DNA of 64,000 nt from contig CAVUKB010000006.1 of the NCBI GenBank assembly GCA_963741955.1, forward strand, positions 96,001 through 160,000. The letters are read 5' to 3'. The position numbers and the translations under genes were made by a program. A model generated the notes under the pieces. It ran no database searches. It was not told the DNA's origin and saw only the letters and a program-made list of their open reading frames with translations. Positions within the stretch are counted from its first letter, which is position 1. Every line of letters begins with the position of its first letter. Of this stretch, positions 39,664 through 50,179 are shown piece after piece. Source of the stretch: an uncultured Acidobacteriota bacterium. Its GTDB lineage: Bacteria > Acidobacteriota > Thermoanaerobaculia > Gp7-AA8.

Positions 39664-39701
39664 TAGCCCGAATTTCTCCCACCGTGAGAAATGCGGGCTG
39701 G
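39664..39701. mobile_element. Minimal MITE B derivative (TIRs only)
   Basis: TAGCCCGAATTTCTCCCACCGTGAGAAATGCGGGCTGG. Confidence 0.65.
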
Positions 39702-39742
39702 CTCGGAATCCGGGGACGCTTGCGGGGTCGTCGCGGAACGTT

Positions 39743-42700
39743 TCAATCCGCTCCCATCCGGACCAGCGGCACCCTCACGGTGAACGTGCTTCCCTTCCCG
39801 GACTCGCTTCTCACTGTGATGTCCCCGCCGAGGGCGAGCGCAATTCTCCGGCTGATGGCGAGGCCGATTCCGGCTCCGCTCTGGACTTCCGGGTCGAGGC
39901 GCATGAACTCGTGAAACAGGAGCTGCTGTTGATCCAACGGGATACCCGGACCGGTGTCGGAGACGTCGATCGCGATCCATCGCTTCTCTCGCGGCGCATC
40001 TTCGGCGTCGCGGATCTCGACCCGCAGAGAGATCCCTCCCTCCTTCGTGTACTTGATCGCGTTCGAGACGAGATTCCCGAGAACCTGTCTGAGACGCGCC
40101 GGGTCGCTGTCGATGAGCGGGAGCTGTTCCGGCACTTCGATCCCCATTCGGAGCCCTTTCGTGTCGGCCTGGGCGCGATACTCCTCCGCGACGCGATGCA
40201 CTGCCTCCCGCACGTCCGTCGGCAGGTGCCGGATCTCGATCTGCCCCGCCTCTGTGCGTCCGAGCTCGAGAAGATCCTCGATCAGCCGGAGCGCGTTGCC
40301 GAGTGAGCTGCGGATCTGCGCGACACTCTCTTTCTGCGACTCGTCGAGCTGACCCATCGACAGGAGCTGCGCGTAGCCGTCTGCCGCGCCGAGCGGATTC
40401 TTCACGTCGTGGCTGAAGCCGCGCATCAGCCGCGCGCGGCTCGCGGTGATCTGTTCGATCTCCTCCCGCCTGCGCTCCGCCTCCTCCAGCATGTGAACCT
40501 TCCGGAACGCGAGCGCAGCGAGATTGCCGAACGTGAACGTCCGTGCGAGCTCGTCCTCCCGGAATCCGCGTCGCTCCGGCGTCCGCAGCAGAACCAGCGA
40601 CCCGATCGGCTCCCCCAGATCGAGAAGCGGCACCACGACTGCCGAACAGTCGCCGCAGATGGAGCTGAGATCGACGGTGAGCGGAGGATCGGCATCCGAG
40701 ACGTTCGCCAGAATCTGTGGCTTCCGGCGCTCGATGACATGTTCGGTGAGTGATCCCGCGAAGGGAACTCTCTCCCCCGGCGCCGGAACTCTCTCCCCTG
40801 CCACCGCGACCACTTCCAGCTCCCCGTGCTCGAGGTCGAGCCGTTTGACGAATGCCCCGTCTGCGCCGGTTGCTTCCAGCGCGCTCCGTGCAATCTGGCG
40901 GACGACGTCATCAACCGTAAAACTCGCACTCACCGCTTCCGCCGCCTGACGGAGCGCCGCTTCCTCCGCGGCGCGCCGGCGCGTTTCTCCGTAGAGTCTC
41001 GCGTTGTCCACCGCCAGCGCCGCGCGACGGGCGAGCTCCTCGCCGATTGCGAGATCGTCCCGATCGTAGCGCCGCCGCGACTCCGCGCTCGCCAGAGTGA
41101 GAACTCCGAGCAGTTGGTGACGCGCGATCAGGGGGAGAAGCATCATCGACCGCGCTCCGAGCTGGTCGATCAGTCGTCGATGCTCCGCACTCGAGGCAAT
41201 CGCTTCGAGATCCGCCGATGAGAGCTCCGGAAAGAGAAGCGGCTCACCGCTCGCGAGAGATCGAGTGAGCGGACCGTTCGGGCTGGGCGGGTAATCGCGG
41301 GTGGCGTCTGCGAGGCGCTGCTTTGCGGGATCGCCGTGAGCAACCGCTGCCCGCACTACTTTTCCGTCATCGCCGACGATGTCAATCGAACAGAAGTCGC
41401 CGATGGATCGCGCCGCGACTCGGGCGACATCCGAGAGCATGGCCGGAGTGTCGAGTGACTCCGTCAGTACCCGTCCCGCTTCGGCGAGGAGCCCGAGCGC
41501 CCCCTCGTGATTCTTTCTCTCGGTGATGTCGTCGATCACTCCGACCGCACGGTACGTTTCGCCGCGCTCGTTGCGTACCGGAAAGCCGCGAATGCGGAGC
41601 CATCGAAGCGATCCATCGGGACGGAAGATCCGAAGCTCGATCGAAGCGTCTTCCCCGTTTTCGATGGCCCGCATCGCCTCGTGTGGCCGTTCGAGATCGT
41701 CCGGATGCACGGCATCGAGCCAGGAACCGGCATTGGCGTAGAGACTCTCGACCGAGCGCCCCCAGATCCTTTCGTACTCCGGACTGATGTAGAGGAACCG
41801 ACTGAATTTCGGATCGACGACCCAGAACACCTCACGCACATTCTCGGCGAGCTGACGGAACCGCTCTTCGCTCTCACGAATCTCCTCGTTGAACCGTGTG
41901 CGCCGGAGAGCGACGGACGCCGCATCGCCGAGTGCACGGACGAACGAAGCCTCTTCTTCACGGAAGGGTTCCTGTTCGGAGCTCCTGAGGAGAACCAGCG
42001 CCCCGAGCACGGTGTCCTGATATGCGAACGGGACGATCATTCCGGTGCAGCGGCGGCAACTTTCGTTCAGGAAACGCGCCATCGATTCGCCGATTGCACC
42101 GACTTCGGTCACCGTATGAGTCGCTCCCGATTCGATGATCTCTGCCGTGAGCGAACCGGGGTACGGGACGCGCGTGCCGAGTGGAGGAACCCCACTGCCG
42201 GATGCGGCAATCACTTCGACGTGTCCGTCCTCTCCCCGACTCTCCGTCTGTTCGGCATATCCACCGAACGCCCGAGTCTCCTCGACGGCTCGCGAAACGA
42301 CCGTCTCGATGATCTCGCTCGCATTCGCCGCCTTCCCGACGCTTCGCATCACTTCGGCGAGGGCGGATTCCCACCGCGCGGATTCGGCCGTCTCCTCGAC
42401 CGTCAGTCGCAATCGGATCTCCGTCACGATGGCCGCTCCGAGCTCCCTCAGTATGGCGATGTCGGTCTCACTCCACCTTCGCGGCTCGTCATGGATCGCC
42501 GCGAGTACACCAAGCACGATGCCGCTCCGGAGGACGAGAGGCACGCCGAGGTATGCCGCTGCACCGAGCTCACGGAGCACGGGATCCGTCGCCGGACCAC
42601 TGTGCTTCGGGATGTCTTCGATCGCGACCGGTTCGCCACTGACTGCGATGTCTCTACTGACTGCGATGTCTCTGCAGAAGGTCCGGGTGAGAGGAGTCTG

Positions 42701-42922
42701 ATCGGACGTGAGAAATGATTCCGGGAGCGGGGGCTCGGCTATGAAGTACTGGCGGCTCTCCTCGGCCAGCGCGACGAAGCAACGGGAGACGCCGAGACAA
42801 CGCGCGGCGAGACGGATCAGGCGTCGCAGCGGCTCCTCGGGCTGGCGATCGGCCGTCGACGAGGAACGAAGCTCCTCGCGCTTCGCACGATCTCGGAAAT
42901 GTTCGAATAGTCGGTCGGGCAT
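39743..42922 (-). CDS. Multi-GAF/PAS sensor histidine kinase
   Basis: About four GAF domains, PAS (VHPDD, RPDGSLRW), H box SHDVKNPL, NLVSNAIKY, DTGPGI, GIGLAI. Confidence 0.92.
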   Translation of the reverse strand: MPDRLFEHFRDRAKREELRSSSTADRQPEEPLRRLIRLAARCLGVSRCFVALAEESRQYFIAEPPLPESFLTSDQTPLTRTFCRDIAVSRDIAVSGEPVAIEDIPKHSGPATDPVLRELGAAAYLGVPLVLRSGIVLGVLAAIHDEPRRWSETDIAILRELGAAIVTEIRLRLTVEETAESARWESALAEVMRSVGKAANASEIIETVVSRAVEETRAFGGYAEQTESRGEDGHVEVIAASGSGVPPLGTRVPYPGSLTAEIIESGATHTVTEVGAIGESMARFLNESCRRCTGMIVPFAYQDTVLGALVLLRSSEQEPFREEEASFVRALGDAASVALRRTRFNEEIRESEERFRQLAENVREVFWVVDPKFSRFLYISPEYERIWGRSVESLYANAGSWLDAVHPDDLERPHEAMRAIENGEDASIELRIFRPDGSLRWLRIRGFPVRNERGETYRAVGVIDDITERKNHEGALGLLAEAGRVLTESLDTPAMLSDVARVAARSIGDFCSIDIVGDDGKVVRAAVAHGDPAKQRLADATRDYPPSPNGPLTRSLASGEPLLFPELSSADLEAIASSAEHRRLIDQLGARSMMLLPLIARHQLLGVLTLASAESRRRYDRDDLAIGEELARRAALAVDNARLYGETRRRAAEEAALRQAAEAVSASFTVDDVVRQIARSALEATGADGAFVKRLDLEHGELEVVAVAGERVPAPGERVPFAGSLTEHVIERRKPQILANVSDADPPLTVDLSSICGDCSAVVVPLLDLGEPIGSLVLLRTPERRGFREDELARTFTFGNLAALAFRKVHMLEEAERRREEIEQITASRARLMRGFSHDVKNPLGAADGYAQLLSMGQLDESQKESVAQIRSSLGNALRLIEDLLELGRTEAGQIEIRHLPTDVREAVHRVAEEYRAQADTKGLRMGIEVPEQLPLIDSDPARLRQVLGNLVSNAIKYTKEGGISLRVEIRDAEDAPREKRWIAIDVSDTGPGIPLDQQQLLFHEFMRLDPEVQSGAGIGLAISRRIALALGGDITVRSESGKGSTFTVRVPLVRMGAD

Positions 42923-43104
42923 GTGGTCACTCTCCGGCGTCGCATCACGAGCGCACCGCTGGAATCTTCGTTCCGCGATGGGATCAGACGCTTCAGACTC
43001 CCAGCCCGCGCGAGGAGTCGAAGCGACCCGGTGCCCTCCGCTTCCGTGCACGATCCGCTCCCGCGCGGTACGGCAGCGGCATCAGGAGAGAGCTGGAAAT
43101 GCGT

Positions 43105-43980
43105 TCATGAGACACCTGCCCAGAGGTGAAAGACGGCGTAGCCGCGCCAGGGCCGCCAGGCTTCGGCGCGGCGTTCGAGCTCTCGCACAGAGAGCGTTCC
43201 GGCCCCGCCACCCGCGGCGCGCCGCAGGATCAGATCGGCGGCGGGGAACGCGTCCGTCTCGCCCAGACCGCGAAGCGCGACGTACGCCGCAGTCCACGGT
43301 CCGATTCCCGGAATCTCCTGCAACGCTTCCATGACCTGGTTCACGGGAGCGTCGAACCGGACCCTCCCTTCCACGACGGCGGCAGCGAGCGCGCGGAGTG
43401 TGCGCACCCGCGCCTGCGTCAGGCCGATGCGGCCGAGATCCGCATGCGCAAGCTCGGTTGCGGAAGGAAAGATGTGCGTCAACCCGTGCGTGCCTTCGAT
43501 CGCCGTCCCGCACTCCCCGACCAGGCGCGTGGCGAACGTTCGTCCTGCCGCGACGCTGACCTGCTGGCCGAGAACCGCCCTCACCGCGCACTCGAACGGG
43601 TCCCACATTCCGGGAATTCGCAGCCCCGGCCTTCGCCGGATCATCGGTCCCAGGAGCGGATCCTTCCGGAGCCCCGCTCGGATCAACGCCGGATCTGCCG
43701 CGAGGTCGAACACCCGGCGCGCCGTGGTCGTCAGCTGGATCGAAGCATTCGGACTCGCGTTCCGTAACCGGATCTCGAGAGCGTCCTTCCGCGGCGATGG
43801 CTTCGCTTCGATGATCGCGTGCCCCTCGTCCGTCCGGACCACCCGCGCGTACCCTCGCTCGTCCGCGCGCTCGACTCCCGGAATCGCACGAGTGGCCAGA
43901 AACGCATGGATGTGCTCCCAGTCGTACGGCGGACGATACGCGAGTCGGAGCACGACTTCACCTTCGCCGTCCCGCTTCAT
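43105..43980 (-). CDS. alkA: DNA-3-methyladenine glycosylase (AlkA, no Ada domain)
   Basis: YRPPYDW, RAVLGQQVSV, IPGIGPWTA HhH, FPAAD, WRPWRGYA. Confidence 0.88.
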   Translation of the reverse strand: MKRDGEGEVVLRLAYRPPYDWEHIHAFLATRAIPGVERADERGYARVVRTDEGHAIIEAKPSPRKDALEIRLRNASPNASIQLTTTARRVFDLAADPALIRAGLRKDPLLGPMIRRRPGLRIPGMWDPFECAVRAVLGQQVSVAAGRTFATRLVGECGTAIEGTHGLTHIFPSATELAHADLGRIGLTQARVRTLRALAAAVVEGRVRFDAPVNQVMEALQEIPGIGPWTAAYVALRGLGETDAFPAADLILRRAAGGGAGTLSVRELERRAEAWRPWRGYAVFHLWAGVS

Positions 43981-44289
43981 CGACTCCCGCATCTTTCGAA
44001 TCTCATCCTGCCGCGAACAACTCCGGCCGCGGGGGCGTACCGCCCTCCCAGCACGTGCATGGAGAGAGTGTAGCAACTCGACCTCGTCGATCTCGCCGTT
44101 ATCGACCGGCAACAGGCCCGCTCGAAGAGGCGGCCCTGGAATCCGCCCAAAGCGCGCTCTCGGCAGAATCACTCCTGCTGCGCGAGGCACCGCGCCCTGG
44201 CCGTCACACGCGCCGGTGAGCGATGTCATCCCCTCCGCCACTCGTGCGGCTTAAGTTCAGTTCACAGACGGAAGGCGCAGGGCTAGCGC

Positions 44290-46569
44290 GTGAGCGATGA
44301 GCGCGCGAGGACGAACAGCGTGAGCAGAGCGGAGAGTCTGACGGCGACGGCCCCGGAGGCGAAAGAGAGCGCACCTCGTGCGGAGCGTCCGTTCGGTGAT
44401 CTGTGGGGAGGGCTGGCGGCGATGCTCGTCGCGTTCCCCTCGTCGATCGCGTTCGGTGTCGTCATCTACACCGCGGCATCTCCGGAGCTCGCGAGCATCG
44501 GTGCCCTCGCGGGGATCATCGGCGCCGCAGTCCTGGGGATCGTGGCGCCGCTCGTCAGTCGGAACGGCGGCTTCATCACGGCGCCGTGCGCTCCGGCCGC
44601 CGCCGTCCTGGCGGGAGTCGCACTGCAGTGGGGCCACGAGGCTCACGGAGATCTGGGGCGGGTTCTCGCTCTTCTCGCCTTCACGGCACTTCTCTCCGCG
44701 TTGTTTCAGATCGTGTACGGCGTTCTCCGCGCGGGACGGCTGATCAAGTACATTCCGTACCAGGTCGTCAACGGCTACCTCTCCGGCGTCGCGGTGATCA
44801 TCGCCCTCGCGCAGATCCCTCGTTTCCTCGGCGCACCAGCCGACGAGGGGCTCGGGGCCGTTCTCCTCACGCTGCGGCTGTGGAGCGTTCCCGCCATCGT
44901 CATCGGTCTCGCGACGATCGTAGCGATGATCGCCGCGACTCACCTGGTCCGCTCGGTCCCTGCGCCGATCGTCGGGCTCGGATTCGGAGTCGTCGCCTAC
45001 GGCGTCTTCGCGGCGATGCTCCCGGCACTCCGGACGGGGGAAGGAAACCCGTTCGTGATCGGACCGATTCGCGCAGGCGGATCGCTTCTCGCTGCGATGT
45101 CGGGACGTATCTCTTCGACTCTCTCCCTCAGCGCGAGCGATCTCGCTCTCGTGATCGGACCGGCTCTGACCCTCTCGGTGCTCCTTTCGATCGACACGCT
45201 GAAGACGGGAGTGGTGCTCGACGTTCTCACGCGACGGCGGCACGACTCGAACCGGGAGCTGATCGCACAGGGAGTGGCGAACCTCGGGTCGTTCACTGCG
45301 GGAGGGATGCCGGGAGCGGCGACGATGGGACCGACTCTCGTGAATGTCACCAGCGGCGGCCGGTCGCTCTGGAGCGGAGTCGCCGAGGGGACGTTCGTCC
45401 TGGTGGCATTCCTCCTGCTGGGGAAACTCGTGGCGTGGGTGCCGGTGGCGGCGCTGGCGGGAATTCTTCTGGTCATCGCATGGCGGATGTTTCACTTCGA
45501 GATGTTCCGTCTCGCGCTTCTTCCTGCGACGCGGCTCGACTTCTTCGTCATCGCTTCGGTGGTGCTGGTCGCGGCGACCGTCGGTCTGATCGAAGCATCG
45601 GTGGTCGGGATCTGCCTCGCGATCCTTCTCTTCATACGGAATCAGATGCGCGGCTCGGTGATCCTCCGCCGGACGGATCTGACTGTGGTGCGATCGAAGC
45701 GCCGTCGCTCCCGTGGAGAGGTGGCCCTCCTCGACCAGTATGGTACCGAGGCGATGGTGGTTCAGTTGAAAGACGATCTCTTCTTCGGAACCACGGACCA
45801 GCTCTTCATGGAGCTGGAGCACGATCTCGCGAGCCGCCGATGGATGCTCCTCGACTTCCGCCGCGTACAGTCGATGGATTACACCGCGGCACAGCTCTTC
45901 ACCCAGATGAACGAGCGGCTTCGCGAACGTGACGGGATGCTTCTGTTCAGCGGCATGCCTTCAGGAGTCGCGTCGCGACAGGACATCGAGCGGTACATGG
46001 GCGAGCTCGGGCTGGTCGGAAGGAGCAGCGGCCTCCGTGTCTTCGAAACGCGGGAGAGTGCACTGGAGTGGATGGAGCAGCGGGTGCTCGAGCTGGCTGG
46101 ATGGAGTGGCGAAGAGTCGGGTCGACCGCTTCGGATCGAGGAGATCGGGGTCCTTCGCAATCTCCATTCGGAGGTGATCGCGCACCTGGGTCACGTGATC
46201 ATGGAGCGCACGGCTGCAGGAGGGGAAAAGGTCTTCGCTGCCGGAACGAGCGGAGACGAGATCTTCTTCGTACGGCGCGGACGGGTGGACATCCTTCTTC
46301 CGCTGGAGGGAGGAAAGCGACATCACCTCGCGACGCTCTGCCGCGGCGAATTCTTCGGAGAGATGTCTTTTCTCGACCGGGGAGTCCGCTCGGCGGACGC
46401 GGAAGCGGCCGTGGAGTCGGAGCTGTTCGTCCTGTCGCGGAGCCGCTTCGACGAGGCGGCCCAGACCGGAGCGCGCTTCACGGCGCCTCTCTTCGAACAG
46501 CTCGCCCTCGCTCTCGCCCGGCGGATCCGTATCACCGATGCGGAGTTGCGGACGCTCGAAGAGCGCTGA
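44290..46569 (+). CDS. SulP/SLC26 anion transporter with STAS and cNMP-binding domains
   Basis: IKYIPYQVVNGY, NRELIAQGVAN, LFFGT, LDFRRVQSMD, GEFFGEMSF...RSADA. Confidence 0.92.
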   Translation: MSDERARTNSVSRAESLTATAPEAKESAPRAERPFGDLWGGLAAMLVAFPSSIAFGVVIYTAASPELASIGALAGIIGAAVLGIVAPLVSRNGGFITAPCAPAAAVLAGVALQWGHEAHGDLGRVLALLAFTALLSALFQIVYGVLRAGRLIKYIPYQVVNGYLSGVAVIIALAQIPRFLGAPADEGLGAVLLTLRLWSVPAIVIGLATIVAMIAATHLVRSVPAPIVGLGFGVVAYGVFAAMLPALRTGEGNPFVIGPIRAGGSLLAAMSGRISSTLSLSASDLALVIGPALTLSVLLSIDTLKTGVVLDVLTRRRHDSNRELIAQGVANLGSFTAGGMPGAATMGPTLVNVTSGGRSLWSGVAEGTFVLVAFLLLGKLVAWVPVAALAGILLVIAWRMFHFEMFRLALLPATRLDFFVIASVVLVAATVGLIEASVVGICLAILLFIRNQMRGSVILRRTDLTVVRSKRRRSRGEVALLDQYGTEAMVVQLKDDLFFGTTDQLFMELEHDLASRRWMLLDFRRVQSMDYTAAQLFTQMNERLRERDGMLLFSGMPSGVASRQDIERYMGELGLVGRSSGLRVFETRESALEWMEQRVLELAGWSGEESGRPLRIEEIGVLRNLHSEVIAHLGHVIMERTAAGGEKVFAAGTSGDEIFFVRRGRVDILLPLEGGKRHHLATLCRGEFFGEMSFLDRGVRSADAEAAVESELFVLSRSRFDEAAQTGARFTAPLFEQLALALARRIRITDAELRTLEER

Positions 46570-46641
46570 GGCGATGGCACCGGAGGGGGTGAAACAACGG
46601 GAGCGATGTCGCAGTGGCAAACCCGATCGGCACCGCGCCCG

Positions 46642-47307
46642 TCAACGAACGATCCGCACCTCGTCCAGACGTTTCTTCGGGATGTCCGGAACCCTGCACT
46701 CCTTCGCCGGATAGCCGACGGGGATGAGGACGAACGGCTTTTCGTTTCCGGGGCGCCCGAGGATCTCGCGGAGGAATCCCATCGGACTGGGAGTGTGAGT
46801 GAGTGTCGCGAGCCCGGCGGCGTTGAGGGCGGCGAGAAGGAATCCACACGCGATGCCGACCGACTCGTTGACGTAGTAGTGCGTGACTCGATGGCCGTCC
46901 TCAGCGACGCCGTGCTCCTGTTTGAAGACGACGAGGAGGAGCGGTGCGATCTCGAGGAACTCCTTGTGCCAGTCCGTACCGAGCGGGGCGAGCGCCTGGA
47001 GCCACTCGTCCGGCATCCGGCGCTCGTAGCTCTCGCGTTCTTCCTTCTCCGCGGCTTCGCGGATGGCGTGCTTGAGCGCAGGGTCGCGGACCACGACGAA
47101 CGTCCAGGGCTGCATGTTCGCGCCGGACGGCGCGGAGGCTGCGGCTTCGATCGCGAGATCGATCACCTCGTCGGGAACCGGATCGGAAGAGAACTCGCGT
47201 ACGCTGCGCCGCAGCGTCAGCGTGCCGAGGAACGCGCGCGCCGCAGCGACTGCCTCGACGTTGCTCTTCCGCGACCGTTCGTAGCGGACGGTGGGATACT
47301 CGTTCAT
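46642..47307 (-). CDS. Iodotyrosine deiodinase-like nitroreductase
   Basis: RRSVREFS, APSGANMQPW, lid EKEERESYERRMPDEWLQALAPLGTDWHKEFL, ESVGIACG, TLTHTP. Confidence 0.85.
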   Translation of the reverse strand: MNEYPTVRYERSRKSNVEAVAAARAFLGTLTLRRSVREFSSDPVPDEVIDLAIEAAASAPSGANMQPWTFVVVRDPALKHAIREAAEKEERESYERRMPDEWLQALAPLGTDWHKEFLEIAPLLLVVFKQEHGVAEDGHRVTHYYVNESVGIACGFLLAALNAAGLATLTHTPSPMGFLREILGRPGNEKPFVLIPVGYPAKECRVPDIPKKRLDEVRIVR

Positions 47308-47458
47308 GCGCGGAATGGTAGCGCAGCGATCGGGGCGAGCGTTTGGGGAAGCGCCCATGGCGAGGATTCCCGCGCCCGTCTATCATGCACCTGTCTCCCG
47401 GCGGCAATGCGCCACCGAGTGAGGCCAAACTCGAACCATTCTGGAATCCGGAGGATCG

Positions 47459-48217
47459 ATGACATCAAAACGGACGACGGAAGCTGATGGCCGTGTCGTC
47501 ATAACCGAGGTCTTGCATGCAGCAGCGCCGCGTCCCGCGGACAATGCGTCAATCGACGAGAAAATCCGGTACGCAGTACGGTTTGCGGATGCGATGGCGC
47601 ATCGAATTGCGAAAGACCTCGCGCCCTTGTTGCGTGGGATCCAGGCAACGACGCAAAGGAGTGCCCGCTCCGAGCAGGCGCGAAAGCAACTCGATGTGAA
47701 TTTCTCCACCCCCGAATACGGGCTCGCTCTCGGTATCTCCCTCAAATCAGTACACATTCGCGACCAGAAGAATAGGCGTTATACCCACAACATGAAAAGA
47801 AACGAGGAAGAACTCAGGATTGAAGCTAGTGGCTACCACAAGAGGCAACCATACGCCGTCATGATCGGGTCACTCTTTCTTCCTTTCGACAGCTGCGAAG
47901 ATGCAAAGACCGTGCGGCACCCATCGTCATTCGGTAGTTGGGTCAAACATCTAAGGCCATATTGCGGCCGATCGGGTCCGAAAGACGACGCTGACCGCTT
48001 CGAAAAACTCTACATTGGCCTGTATGAGCTGGATGGTTCGGATCTCGCCTTCTTCGACGTGCAGGCGGCGCCGCCAAAGCACGGACGCCCCGGGACGCTC
48101 ATGACATACGCAGACTTCCTTTCAATGTCGTACCACGAGTACTTGCACCGGAATATGCTGGAGTTCGCTTGGGCGGAGGGCGAGGAGGAGCCGCTCGGCG
48201 CCGACGAAACGTACTGA
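47459..48217 (+). CDS. Putative restriction endonuclease (PD-(D/E)xK variant)
   Basis: KQLDV...GISLKS motif, lower GC, convergent with vsr and MTase. Confidence 0.6.
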   Translation: MTSKRTTEADGRVVITEVLHAAAPRPADNASIDEKIRYAVRFADAMAHRIAKDLAPLLRGIQATTQRSARSEQARKQLDVNFSTPEYGLALGISLKSVHIRDQKNRRYTHNMKRNEEELRIEASGYHKRQPYAVMIGSLFLPFDSCEDAKTVRHPSSFGSWVKHLRPYCGRSGPKDDADRFEKLYIGLYELDGSDLAFFDVQAAPPKHGRPGTLMTYADFLSMSYHEYLHRNMLEFAWAEGEEEPLGADETY

Positions 48218-48265
48218 AACAAGTCAGAGCCTTGCCGCTGGACTAAATTGTTCCGCGCCTGAACC

Positions 48266-48730
48266 TTACGGCCGACGAAGGTGCCGAAGACGCCGTTCAA
48301 TCACTGTCGGATCGGAGGTTTCGCACTCCCAGATCACGACCGTCCGCCATCCGGCGCGCCTCAGCTCCCGCCGTACTCGCCGATCTCGCTCGACATTGGT
48401 TTCAAACTTTCTCATCCAGAAGGTGCGGTTTCGAGTGGGCGTCGTTGTGCGAGCACAGCTCTCGTGGCGGTGCCAGAAACAGCCATGGACGAAAACCGCC
48501 CATTGTTTCGATCGATTTGCGAGGTCGGGAGACCCGGGAAGATCGCGATTTCTGGTCCGGTATCGCAGCCCGATCGCGTACGCCACGTGCCGAACGACGA
48601 GTTCCGGTTCGGTTGCGCGCTGCCTCACGCGGCCCATTCGCACCGACGTCGGCTCGTCGGTGAATCCGAATACTCGACCGGGGCGGTTCGATTTGAATGC
48701 GACTCTTCTTGGTTTCGATGTCCGGGGCAC
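48266..48730 (-). CDS. vsr: Very short patch repair endonuclease
   Basis: MGRVRQRATEPE, DLPGSPDL, FVHGCFWHRH, WRTVVIWECE. Confidence 0.92.
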   Translation of the reverse strand: MPRTSKPRRVAFKSNRPGRVFGFTDEPTSVRMGRVRQRATEPELVVRHVAYAIGLRYRTRNRDLPGSPDLANRSKQWAVFVHGCFWHRHESCARTTTPTRNRTFWMRKFETNVERDRRVRRELRRAGWRTVVIWECETSDPTVIERRLRHLRRP

Positions 48731-48733
48731 GTT

Positions 48734-49966
48734 CTAGATTATGCCGCGCCGCGGCTCGTCGAGCATCCGTTCGAGATGTTGCTCGACCGCGGCAATGAAG
48801 CCGTCGGGAAAACGAAGCGATGATCGACGTGTTCGTTCGAGAAACCCGGCCGTCGCTTTCACCGAGAGGAGTTCCGTCGGATAGTGGAGGAACTCGGCGA
48901 GCGGTTCAGCCTGCGTGAGCCGAGGGAACGTCGAGAGCGAGGCCGCAAATCGCCCATCTCCGACGTTGTACGCGGCGTTCGGCCATTTTCCGTTCCGGTG
49001 AAGAGGAACGTCGCCGGTAGCATCGTACGTGCCCGGTCTTCGGAGTTGCTCTCCGATCCATTCCGCCGACCGCACGGTGACGGCGTTTCCCACGAGTTTC
49101 CACCGCTGCCCGCGTTTGACCACCGTCTCCGCAGGCGCGGTCCAGTCATCGGGGAACCCCTGCATCCGTTCGGCGTCCCGAATGTCCGGTTTCGCGATCG
49201 TGCCGTCTGGAAAGAGTATGGCCGGTGGGGAGGGGATACCGATGCTGGATCCGCCCTTCAGTGTAGGAACCGAATCGACGGCCCAGCCGAGGCCTCGGAT
49301 TCCTTCGGTCCAATAGAATCCACAGGCGACTTCTCGGAAAGTGCGTGGGTCCTTCGGCTCGATCGCGTCGTCGACGAAGAGTACGTCCCGTGGGTCATCC
49401 TCTTTCATCGCAAGGAGATAAACCCGCTCTCTCCGCTGAGGTACGCCAAACGCCCGGCTGTTTACGACCCGATACGCCCAGCGGTACCCGAGCTCCTCGA
49501 GGTTGGAGACGATCACGTCTAGGGCCCTGCCTCGCGCAAGTTGCAGCATGAACGGAACATTCTCGATCAACACAGTCGGAACGCGTTTCCTCCGAAGAAG
49601 GCGGAAGACCTCGCCGACGAGCCCCGAGCGAGATCCTTCGATTCCGATGGTTCGCCCGGCCTGGCTTAGATCCTGGCAAGGAAAGCCGGCCGTCAGCAGA
49701 TCGGTGTCCGGCGGAAGGCTTTTCAACCGCGCTACGTCTTCCGGAATCGGAAGCGGTCCGAAACGCGCTGCGAGTACGGCTCGTGCCGCGGGGTCGATTT
49801 CGCACAGCAGCAATGTTTCATGCCCCCATACTGAGAGTCCCCTCTCTATTCCGCCGATACCCGCAAAGAGGCCTACGACTCGCTTCGGCGGCGTTTTCAT
49901 CTCGGGCGATGATTTTGACCGCTTTTGCGGTGTTTCGACGAGCCGAAGCTGCCTGGAGGATCGCAT
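48734..49966 (-). CDS. dcm: DNA cytosine-C5 methyltransferase (start may be 49900)
   Basis: LFAGIGG, GFPCQD, IENV, PQRRERVY, RMQGFP, LVGNAV. Confidence 0.93.
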   Translation of the reverse strand: MRSSRQLRLVETPQKRSKSSPEMKTPPKRVVGLFAGIGGIERGLSVWGHETLLLCEIDPAARAVLAARFGPLPIPEDVARLKSLPPDTDLLTAGFPCQDLSQAGRTIGIEGSRSGLVGEVFRLLRRKRVPTVLIENVPFMLQLARGRALDVIVSNLEELGYRWAYRVVNSRAFGVPQRRERVYLLAMKEDDPRDVLFVDDAIEPKDPRTFREVACGFYWTEGIRGLGWAVDSVPTLKGGSSIGIPSPPAILFPDGTIAKPDIRDAERMQGFPDDWTAPAETVVKRGQRWKLVGNAVTVRSAEWIGEQLRRPGTYDATGDVPLHRNGKWPNAAYNVGDGRFAASLSTFPRLTQAEPLAEFLHYPTELLSVKATAGFLERTRRSSLRFPDGFIAAVEQHLERMLDEPRRGII

Positions 49967-50179
49967 GTACAGAGTTTACCTCGGAATTGTTTCGCGGGAA
50001 CGCCTTCTACTGATGGTGGAATTCGCCGACAACACACGCGGTCGTCTCATCGAGCTGCCGCGGGCGATGGCGGACGAGTTGGAGGTCGCTTCCTCCGACC
50101 ACGTGCATGGTTATAGAGTAGCAACTCAACCTCGCCTGTCAGGGCGGCAGTCCTTGGTGCGCCGCGCCGCGTTACGAGC

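Noticed and set aside
42640-42675. 18-bp tandem duplication (RDIAVS twice) in the kinase GAF domain
   Set aside because: Small in-frame slippage with no evidence of function
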